Positions 57,316 to 64,000 of a stretch of DNA of 64,000 nucleotides are shown in pieces (the stretch's first letter is position 1; the number at the start of each line of letters is the position of its first letter). The notes under the pieces are model-generated. The model saw nothing but the letters and a program-made list of their open reading frames with translations. It searched no databases and was not told the DNA's origin. This stretch comes from an uncultured Methanomassiliicoccales archaeon (GTDB lineage Archaea > Thermoplasmatota > Thermoplasmata > RBG-16-68-12 > JAJISG01). Position numbers and translations under genes: made by a program. The stretch lies in the NCBI GenBank assembly GCA_964347325.1, contig CAYFYA010000008.1:23719-87718 (forward strand), written 5' to 3'.

Positions 57316-58627
57316 CTGTACTATCACCTCCATCTGACATGGTTGTTCTTTCTTCTGGCAAGGGCATAATCGGGAAGAGCTTCATGAAGAGGCCGATGAG
57401 GAGGGCTCCGAAGGCGAAGAGACCGACAATGATCCCGTATTCCACCCAGGTGGGCGTGTATACGCCTATCTGGTACGGGAGAAGGCTCCCGTGAGTGAGC
57501 GAGGGTACGACAACGATGTACCGTTTGGCGATGGCGGCGACGTTGACCATCAGTCCGATCGCCACGAGCACGGGGATGCTCCATCGGCCAGTCAGGGCAA
57601 GAGTGACGATTAGGAAGAGCGGAATGACCAAGAATGCGACGGAGAGCCAGTAGACCCCCGCATACTCGCCGAAGAGGAGAGCGTTCACCAGAAGTGTTTC
57701 TTGAGCGTGCCCTTGGTAGGTCGCCGTAAGGAGCTCGACGAGCATGAAGTACAGATAGACCGCGATGAGGACCATCAGGTACTTTCCGAGGGATTTGAAT
57801 ACGTCGCCATTGATGTTTCTCTTCTCGCCCATGGACCAGCGCGCGATGGCAATAAGAACGATGAGTGCCCCGAGCCCGGAGATTCCCGCCAACACCACGA
57901 ACGCAGGAGCCTGCAGGGCGCTGTACCAACCTGGTCGTCCCGCCTGAAGCCCGAAGACGAGGCCCAGCGTAGAGTGGGCGGCCACCAGAATGGGGATGAT
58001 GGCCACGGCGAGCCAGAAGCTGACCCGACGATGTCGCTTCTGCTCTTCGGGAGTATCGCGATATCCAGCCGCCAAGAAGCGATGGAGTCTTTGCAGACGA
58101 CCTGGTGTCTTCGCGAGAACGGCGGCATCCTTCCTGCTGTCAAGGTAGAGGTAAGTCAGGCTTGCCAGAAGGTAGCCGGCGATGACTAGAACGAAGGTCC
58201 CGAAGAAGGGGGACTGCGGGCGAGCGTATGTGAAGAGGTTGACGATCCCGACGAGAGGGCGACCAAGATCGGGTATCACGGCAAAGGTGGCGAGGATTAG
58301 AGCAACGACAGTCAGCACTTCCGCGATCCGGGCCACTGGGCGAAGATGCTTCAGATCGAGTAGCCTGATCATGGCTGCCATCGTGATGCCCGCGAAGCTG
58401 ATCCCGACGAAGTAGATGTCGAAGGATATGTAGAGGCCCCATGGGGAACCTCCCATCGTTCCTGTGTCCCTCAGACCAGTGACGACTAATCCGAAATTGA
58501 CCTGGACCAACCAGGCAATGAAACCGAACAGGGCAACCGCGGCGGAGACCAACATGAAGATGATCCAACGCCAGGTGAGCCTGCCGACGCCGTACGGCAA
58601 ACGTGCCACAGCAACTTCAGCCGTCAT
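57308..58627 (-). CDS. NrfD/PsrC-family polysulfide-reductase-type membrane anchor subunit
   Basis: Eight to ten TM helices. Its start codon overlaps the stop of the upstream FeS-subunit gene (ATGA at 58624-58627). Confidence 0.8.
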   Translation of the reverse strand: MTAEVAVARLPYGVGRLTWRWIIFMLVSAAVALFGFIAWLVQVNFGLVVTGLRDTGTMGGSPWGLYISFDIYFVGISFAGITMAAMIRLLDLKHLRPVARIAEVLTVVALILATFAVIPDLGRPLVGIVNLFTYARPQSPFFGTFVLVIAGYLLASLTYLYLDSRKDAAVLAKTPGRLQRLHRFLAAGYRDTPEEQKRHRRVSFWLAVAIIPILVAAHSTLGLVFGLQAGRPGWYSALQAPAFVVLAGISGLGALIVLIAIARWSMGEKRNINGDVFKSLGKYLMVLIAVYLYFMLVELLTATYQGHAQETLLVNALLFGEYAGVYWLSVAFLVIPLFLIVTLALTGRWSIPVLVAIGLMVNVAAIAKRYIVVVPSLTHGSLLPYQIGVYTPTWVEYGIIVGLFAFGALLIGLFMKLFPIMPLPEERTTMSDGGDSTDA

Positions 58628-59367
58628 AGTGTGACCTCCTCTTTCACCCTTTCAATCTGTCTCATCTCGATATTAGGCGGAGACCCCGCGAGGTAGAAGA
58701 CGCTGGGATCAGTACCCACCTCCTCCAGCAGCTGGAAGTGCGGCTTCTCCACGAGCAACCTGGACACCTCGCTGTCCGGATCTTCGGCGTCTCCGAAGTG
58801 GAGGACGTGGGTTGGACAGGTCTCCACGCAGGCGGGCAACAGTCCCTTCTCGACCCGTTGCACGCAGAAGGTGCACTTCTCGATGACACCCTTGTAGTGG
58901 CCGCCACCCGCGATGCGCCGCTGCTCCGGGCCGAACGCAGTGTCCAGATCGGGATTCTTGTAAGGGGGGACCGCGCCCTCGCTGACTCCCGCCAGATCGG
59001 GATCGTCCCATGCCAAGTAGTAACTCCTCACAGGCTCCTTCCAGTTGAAGTAGTTCACGCCGTAGGGACAGGCCACCTCACAGTACCGGCAGCCAATGCA
59101 GCGGTCCCAGTCCGTGGCCACGAGCCCGTCGATTCGCTTGTAGCGGGCCCCGACGGGACACACCTTCACACAGGGCGCGTTATCGCAGTGCTGACAAGGC
59201 CTGGGGAAGAACGAGATGCGCGTGTCTGGATAGGTCCCCTCCTCAAGGCGCCACACGTACATCCAGAAGTTCGCCTGGGGGGTGTTGTTCTCCACCTTGC
59301 ACGCTTCCATACAGGCGCGGCAACCGGTACATCGATCGAGGTCGATCGTCATGACGTACTTGGCCAT
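58624..59367 (-). CDS. 4Fe-4S ferredoxin-type electron-transfer subunit (PsrB/DmsB-like)
   Basis: 'CTGCRACMEACK', 'CQHCDNAPCVKVCP', 'CIGCRYCEVACP' and 'CTFCVQRV'. Confidence 0.9.
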   Translation of the reverse strand: MAKYVMTIDLDRCTGCRACMEACKVENNTPQANFWMYVWRLEEGTYPDTRISFFPRPCQHCDNAPCVKVCPVGARYKRIDGLVATDWDRCIGCRYCEVACPYGVNYFNWKEPVRSYYLAWDDPDLAGVSEGAVPPYKNPDLDTAFGPEQRRIAGGGHYKGVIEKCTFCVQRVEKGLLPACVETCPTHVLHFGDAEDPDSEVSRLLVEKPHFQLLEEVGTDPSVFYLAGSPPNIEMRQIERVKEEVTL

Positions 59368-61955
59368 CAGTCCTCACCCCCTGCCTTGGAGACCTGAACC
59401 TTCACGTGATATGACTGATCCGCCGTGTTGGAGACGTAGCCCTCGCCGGTGAAGAAGAGCTCGTTGGGTGAGGGACCCTGCCCGTCGTTCGTGGGGTTCC
59501 TCCACATTCCGAAGTGGTGGGGCATGCCCACAGTGTCCGGTCGAATGCTTTCAACGAGGGTCGCTCGCACCTTCGCCCTCCTCGTTTCCCCCGTCACAGC
59601 GTTCTGGGCTTCGACCCAAACCAGGTCCCCTTCGCGGATGCCCCGCGCCCGGGCGGCCTCCGGATTCATGTCGAGCCGCTGCTCCGGGGTCAGTTCCGCC
59701 AGAAGCGGGATGAAGCTGGTCCGGGACTGCTTGTGCTCGATGAGCTTGTAGCTGATCAGGTAGAGGTCGTAGGCCGACGGGGACCCCTCCATCGTGGGAT
59801 CTCGCCACACGGGGAACGGCGTGTAGTCCTGCCAGTAGATCTGCTCCACGCCCTTCGCCTTCATCTCATTCTGGTACCGCAGCAGGCTCTCCCCGTAGAG
59901 GCGGTGCAGGGCGCCCCCGAAGGGCGGGCCGGCGGCGTAGCCGTATCGCGCCGAGGGGGACAGGGGCCCCTTGATCCACACGCCGTTGTTCTCGAAGAAT
60001 TCGATTCCACCGCTCAAGCCTTCCATCAAGGACCATTGATGGAAGATGTCGCGGACGGAAGGCTTCGTGTCGAGGTCGAGGAGATACGGATCTTCGAGCC
60101 CTACCGCAGCATTGATCCGATCGATGTAGCCTCCGACTCCATAGAGGACACCCATCTTCTCGGCGAGATCCAGATAGATGTCGATCTCCCCCCGCGATTC
60201 GAAGAGGGGATCCATCGGCGGGAGACGAAGCGTCTTGGCGTCGATGTACTGGTCCGATACGGAGCTGACGCCCTCGTACTTCTCGATGGTCGCCGCTGGC
60301 AGCACGACATCGGCGAAGTAGTCTGCGGTCTCTGACAGCCACGGATTGATGTCGACGACGAAGTTGAGCTTCTTGTACGCGTCAATGAAGTCCTTCTGAG
60401 AGAGGAAGGAGGTGAGGGGATTGGCCATGTGCAGAATCATCACTTCCGGCAGGTCGTCTACCCCGTACTTGGCGGGATCGAGCATGACCTTGGCCGCGAC
60501 GCCAGGGAGGGCCGAGTTGATCGGGTAGAACTTGCTATTCTTGAGGTAGAAGTTGTACGGGGGGTCCCCAATCGTAATCTCATCTAGGCCCGCATAATTG
60601 CTGTGAATCTTCCAGGTGAAGTCAATCATGGTGCCCCCTACCGCTCCCATGGCTCCGAGGAGCATTTCGACGAGGATCATGGCCCGAAGCGCCTGGAATC
60701 CGAGCTCTTGCTGCGCCATGTGATAGGCCATGATGGCGACGGGTCGGTAGGGGATGTCCTCCCCCTCCAGGTTAATCGTGCTGCCGATTAGGGCGTTCTC
60801 GCCCATTTCGAGGGCCACTTGTCTGATTTGCGCCGCCGCGACGTCGCAGACTCCCTCCGCCCATTCGGGGGTGTACGAGGCCACGTGCTCTGTGAAGAGC
60901 TGGAAGGCGGGCTTAACAGTCTCGGCGCCGACCGTGTACTCACCCTCTAGGGCGGGCACAGCGGCCGGGTCATCATGGTCCATTGGAGCTGAGGTCACCG
61001 TGTCCCAGACCTGCTCCTTGTCGCCAACCCGATAGAAGGAGCCGTCCTCCCCCACCAGGAAGGGCGCGTTAGTGTAGGTCGAGAGGTAGTCCGTGTCCAC
61101 ATACCCGTTCGCAATCAGCACGTTGCAGAGAGCCAGGGCCAGCGCCATGTCAGTCCCGGGTTTGATGGGAAGCCAGACGTCCGCAAAGTGGCCGGCACTC
61201 CGGAGTCGCGGGTCGATATGAACCACCTTGATGCCCCGCTCCCGGGCCTCCATGAGTTGCTGAGGCCAGGTGATCCAGCAGAACTTGTTTCCGCCCGCAT
61301 TGGTGATGTTCCATCCCCAGGAGAGGAGGTAGCGGGTATACTTGAAATCGGGATGGAGCACCCCATGCGGTCCAATGGTGTACTCCGCCGCTCGATAGCC
61401 GGCGTCGGAACAGTAGCCGCCGTGGCCTAGCTTGCTGGCGCCTATCGCCCCGACAAAGGCCGTATCGTAGAAGGCACCGGCCTTGCTCCTTCCTTTCTGC
61501 CAGAGTACGAGACTCGGGTCGCGATCCCTTACCGTGTTGACTTGCTGCGCCACGAGGTCGAGGGCTTCGTCCCAGGAGGCTTCCCGCCATTGGCCGGTGA
61601 CGCCTTTCTCGTTCGTCCGGATGAGAGGGGTCTTGACCCGGTTAGGGTCATAGAACGCCATAATCTGTGCCTGGCCCTTGGGACAGAGGGTGCCGAGGTT
61701 CCTCGGATGGTCTGGGTGACCCGCAAGGGACACCACCCTGCCGTTGAGTCTCCGGGCGATCATGCCGCATTCCTGCTTCCCTATCCAGCAAGTTGTGGGG
61801 ACGAAATCCTCGGTCGCAGGGGCGGCATCCTTGGGGGTGGTGGGTCTCAGAATCGAGGGAATGCCCAGGTTCCAAGGCGAGACTTGGGTTGCGATCGCGG
61901 CGCCCGCGGCGGTGGCTCCACTCAGCTTCAGGAACGTTCTTCTCGAATGTTTCAC
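59367..61955 (-). CDS. Molybdopterin (bis-MGD) oxidoreductase catalytic subunit with a Tat signal; Psr/Phs/Ttr/Arr clade
   Basis: Tat motif 'SRRTFLKLSGATAAGAAIA'. FS0 region 'CWIGKQECGM...GRVVSLAGHPDHPRNLGTLCPKG'. 862 aa. Confidence 0.9.
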   Translation of the reverse strand: MKHSRRTFLKLSGATAAGAAIATQVSPWNLGIPSILRPTTPKDAAPATEDFVPTTCWIGKQECGMIARRLNGRVVSLAGHPDHPRNLGTLCPKGQAQIMAFYDPNRVKTPLIRTNEKGVTGQWREASWDEALDLVAQQVNTVRDRDPSLVLWQKGRSKAGAFYDTAFVGAIGASKLGHGGYCSDAGYRAAEYTIGPHGVLHPDFKYTRYLLSWGWNITNAGGNKFCWITWPQQLMEARERGIKVVHIDPRLRSAGHFADVWLPIKPGTDMALALALCNVLIANGYVDTDYLSTYTNAPFLVGEDGSFYRVGDKEQVWDTVTSAPMDHDDPAAVPALEGEYTVGAETVKPAFQLFTEHVASYTPEWAEGVCDVAAAQIRQVALEMGENALIGSTINLEGEDIPYRPVAIMAYHMAQQELGFQALRAMILVEMLLGAMGAVGGTMIDFTWKIHSNYAGLDEITIGDPPYNFYLKNSKFYPINSALPGVAAKVMLDPAKYGVDDLPEVMILHMANPLTSFLSQKDFIDAYKKLNFVVDINPWLSETADYFADVVLPAATIEKYEGVSSVSDQYIDAKTLRLPPMDPLFESRGEIDIYLDLAEKMGVLYGVGGYIDRINAAVGLEDPYLLDLDTKPSVRDIFHQWSLMEGLSGGIEFFENNGVWIKGPLSPSARYGYAAGPPFGGALHRLYGESLLRYQNEMKAKGVEQIYWQDYTPFPVWRDPTMEGSPSAYDLYLISYKLIEHKQSRTSFIPLLAELTPEQRLDMNPEAARARGIREGDLVWVEAQNAVTGETRRAKVRATLVESIRPDTVGMPHHFGMWRNPTNDGQGPSPNELFFTGEGYVSNTADQSYHVKVQVSKAGGED

Positions 61956-62073
61956 AATCCGACCTCCCTCTCAGCTGCATTGTGAAGGAAGACGTGACAC
62001 GGCCGTCTTCCCGCTATCGTAATGGCCCCGTGTATGCGCGTGGGATGGGTACGGCGCTTGGACCCTAGAGACA

Positions 62074-62277
62074 TCAGAGATCCTCCATGACCGCCTCAAT
62101 GGTCTTCTGCAACTGGGAAATCAGTTCCGCCTCGGAATCCCTCAAGGATTCAATCAGCCCTCCCATGCCTTTCGGGACGTCCCGTTCCAGGGCCTGGTTG
62201 CACACACTTAGCCCCCTCATCCTTGAGTCGAGGAGTTGTCTCAGCAGCTGGAGTTCAACTTCCTTGCTCATGGGCAA
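62074..62277 (-). CDS. Small helical protein B1 (67 aa), paralog of 63069-63287
   Basis: About 45% identity to B2, sharing 'SRM.GL..CN..LE....K.....LIE.LRD.EAELIS.LQ.TI..VME'. Confidence 0.5.
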   Translation of the reverse strand: MPMSKEVELQLLRQLLDSRMRGLSVCNQALERDVPKGMGGLIESLRDSEAELISQLQKTIEAVMEDL

Positions 62278-62503
62278 TTTCCTCCAGGATTTGCTCCAAC
62301 GCTTGGAGAATCTGGGTCGTCTGCCAAAGGGTGGTTCGAACGATCTCCGCTGTCATCTCTCTTATCTCTGGGTTCTCGATGCTGTCTCCTAGGTATGCAC
62401 AGATGATGGAGAGGGACTGAACCTCACACTCCTCGAGAAATCGCGATAAGGCCGCCGTCGAATCCAGCACCTTGTGGGTAGCTGGAACTGTATCCCCGTT
62501 CAA
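62255..62503 (-). CDS. Small helical protein A1 (82 aa), paralog of 63259-63498; overlaps B1 by 23 nt
   Basis: About 35% identity to A2, sharing 'H.V....AL.....E.C..QSL..IC.YL.D....P.IR.M'. Confidence 0.5.
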   Translation of the reverse strand: MNGDTVPATHKVLDSTAALSRFLEECEVQSLSIICAYLGDSIENPEIREMTAEIVRTTLWQTTQILQALEQILEEIAHEQGS

Positions 62504-62546
62504 TACAATCGCGGAAGGTAGAAAGGGTCTTTGCTGTTGCGTATGG

Positions 62547-62560
62547 AATTTATATAAATT
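62547..62560. promoter_or_regulatory. Perfect 14-bp palindromic TATA element AATTTATATAAATT upstream of A1
   Basis: About 45-50 bp upstream of the A1 start at 62503, in a 190-bp intergenic gap. Confidence 0.4.
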
Positions 62561-62696
62561 ATGTAACCATAATTGGCGAAGATTACGTACAGCCTTCCGC
62601 GGCAGAGCCTCCAGTGGGCGAAGAGTTCACTGGCCAGGCGGTCTCTGGAGGGACCGATGAATCCCCGGATCGCCTGACCTCGCCCTCCAAGGCCGC

Positions 62697-62912
62697 TTAT
62701 GCTGGCCTCTTTCCCGGCAAGACCTCAAAGGCCACAGCCGCTAGCCACATCAGGACTCCCCCGATGATGAACAAGAGGGGGGCGAAGGGGAGCCGTGGAT
62801 CACTGTGCTCAACGCCGCTTGGGGGGAAACCCCACGGTGTTGCGAGGACGAAGAAGCTGACGACGACGAGAACAGCGCCGATGACTAGCATGCATGAGGC
62901 ATACGTTTTGCG
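62697..62912 (-). CDS. Small 2-TM membrane protein with 'PWGFPPS', paralog of 57097-57315 (72 aa from 'MRKTY', GGTGA RBS)
   Basis: Shares 'VGA.LM.VS.F..A.PWGFPPS.V.HS.P..PFAP..FI.G..M...AV..E.LP' with the operon copy. Confidence 0.5.
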   Translation of the reverse strand, partial: RKTYASCMLVIGAVLVVVSFFVLATPWGFPPSGVEHSDPRLPFAPLLFIIGGVLMWLAAVAFEVLPGKRPA

Positions 62913-63068
62913 CATTTCAGTCACCTTCACTCAAACTCTCTTTCAATTGGGAGGAGGGGAAAGAGGTGGCATAGAGGCCCACTTCATAAGAGAGGAGCGT
63001 GCCGAAGATCTGGGATGGGAAGACGATAAGGTCTTGGCGGGGATACGAGAAGGGAACGCCCACGCCGA

Positions 63069-63287
63069 TCAACCCTCCTCCATCACCGTGGCAATCGTCC
63101 TTTGGAGCCGGGAGATGAGTTCGGCCTCTTCGTCCCGGAGTGTCTCAATCAGCTGTCTCAGGGGCTTGTCAACCGCCCCCTCGAGGACATCGTTGCAGAT
63201 TTTGAGTCCAGACATCCTCGATTCCAGTACTGATCTCAACATTGCCAACTCCTCTTGGCTACCTGTCATCCATACCCTCCAGGGCAC
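63069..63287 (-). CDS. Small helical protein B2 (72 aa)
   Basis: Paralog of B1. Confidence 0.5.
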   Translation of the reverse strand: MPWRVWMTGSQEELAMLRSVLESRMSGLKICNDVLEGAVDKPLRQLIETLRDEEAELISRLQRTIATVMEEG

Positions 63288-63498
63288 TCCGGACCTGCTT
63301 GAGAGTGAGACTGGTCTGCCTCACGGAGGCCCTGAGAACATCCTCCAGCATGCCTCTGATCTGCGGATCCTCCACCCTGTCCTTCAGATAGTCACAGATG
63401 GTGGCGAGCGACTGGATTCCGCAGTCTTCGGTGAGCTTGAGTAGTGCTTGATGGGGTGAGGCGACCTCATGATCAGAAGATGCTAGGCTTCCGCACAC
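63259..63498 (-). CDS. Small helical protein A2 (79 aa); overlaps B2 by 29 nt
   Basis: Paralog of A1. Confidence 0.5.
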   Translation of the reverse strand: MCGSLASSDHEVASPHQALLKLTEDCGIQSLATICDYLKDRVEDPQIRGMLEDVLRASVRQTSLTLKQVRSALEGMDDR

Positions 63499-63576
63499 GA
63501 GAAATCGATGCGGAGCCGTCCTCTTGGCTTTTGTTTGTAGAAAGTATGGAAATTGCAGAAGGCCTGCAGAGGGCCG

Positions 63577-63987
63577 TCACTTCTGGGTTGTGGACCCCTG
63601 GAAGGATATCTCTGCCACAGTGGTGACGAGCCGGGCCATTCTTCGCAGCAACTCAAGCACGTTGCCGACAGCCAGGCATGCTGCGCATCCCAGCTTGCCC
63701 GTAGCCGGCTTGGCAACGAACTCCCGGACCTCTTTGATTCTCTCCTCAAGGATCGGGAGGGAAGAAATGCAGTCCGTGGCGCTCCTCAGATCCCCTCTCG
63801 TGAAGGCGAAGAGGCCCTTGTCGGACATGGAGATGACCGAGTTTCCGATCTCCACGCACTCCAAGAGGGCGGACCTCGGGACTTTCAACTTGTCGAGCTC
63901 CGCCAACATGTCGAGGATGTCGCGACACGTCCAGGCCATGGCTTTCAGGTGCTGGGCGGTCAGGGCATAGGCGGGGGAGTCAGCCAC
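63577..63987 (-). CDS. Hypothetical protein (136 aa) with several Cys residues
   Basis: ORF only. Its start lies close to the window end. No motif recognised. Confidence 0.3.
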   Translation of the reverse strand: MADSPAYALTAQHLKAMAWTCRDILDMLAELDKLKVPRSALLECVEIGNSVISMSDKGLFAFTRGDLRSATDCISSLPILEERIKEVREFVAKPATGKLGCAACLAVGNVLELLRRMARLVTTVAEISFQGSTTQK

Positions 63988-64000
63988 ATCCAGATTCAGG

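Noticed and set aside
62074-63498. Duplicated A/B small-gene pairs as a classical type II toxin-antitoxin system
   Set aside because: Overlapping two-gene architecture fits, but neither protein shows a recognisable toxin fold or an antitoxin DNA-binding motif. Linkage to a duplicated respiratory membrane subunit argues for an accessory role. It is kept as an alternative inside the main finding.

Overview
The window is about 64 kb of densely coding, high-GC (about 60-65%) prokaryotic chromosome. It is most likely archaeal, but that is an inference, not a database result. Three observations support it: AT-rich TATA-like boxes about 25-45 bp upstream of several start codons, strong GGAGG/GGTGA Shine-Dalgarno sites with ATGA-overlapping operon junctions, and MvhD-like and HxlR-type proteins next to an N-glycan-type UDP-ManNAc3NAcA pathway. 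A Thermoplasmatota-like lineage is a guess. No rRNA, tRNA, CRISPR array, transposase or integrase was recognised. The gene blocks run in this order:
(1) 0.4-8.3 kb: three ABC-2 type exporters (ATPase plus permease pairs) with a small wHTH regulator, a small membrane protein, a CHRD-domain secreted protein and a surface-anchored protein.
(2) 8.4-20.7 kb: an extracellular/surface locus. It holds a 1060-aa subtilisin (S8) protease with a PA domain, an ABC-2 pair whose permease carries an extracytoplasmic prealbumin-like domain, an acidic poly-Asp secreted protein, an HxlR regulator, and a MacB/FtsX-type ABC pair.
(3) 22.4-39.4 kb: a glycan-biosynthesis island. It encodes a Wzx-like flippase, one GT2 and three GT4 enzymes (one fused to a methyltransferase), two SDR epimerase/dehydratases, the full WbpA/B/E/D plus WecB pathway to UDP-ManNAc3NAcA, a methyltransferase, a HAD-like protein, an ATP-grasp ligase and a PIG-L deacetylase.
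(4) 39.9-48.7 kb: a Cu/heavy-metal P-type ATPase with TRASH domains at both ends, a Ras/Rab-like small GTPase, a polar-amino-acid ABC importer (SBP, two permeases, ATPase), and a B12-binding radical-SAM enzyme.
(5) 50.1-53.0 kb: a 946-aa STAND NTPase with an N-terminal wHTH and C-terminal TPR-like repeats.
(6) 53.0-62.0 kb: a molybdenum module. It holds a CMD/AhpD-like protein, a MOT1-type molybdate transporter, and a Psr/Ttr-like molybdopterin oxidoreductase operon (catalytic subunit, FeS subunit, NrfD subunit, small 2-TM protein, TorD chaperone, MvhD-polyferredoxin).
(7) 62.0-63.5 kb: a tandemly duplicated pair of small overlapping genes that flank a paralog of the small 2-TM protein.
The most novel-looking element is (7) together with the 2-TM paralogs of (6). 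Many long antisense ORFs in the six-frame track are high-GC artefacts.
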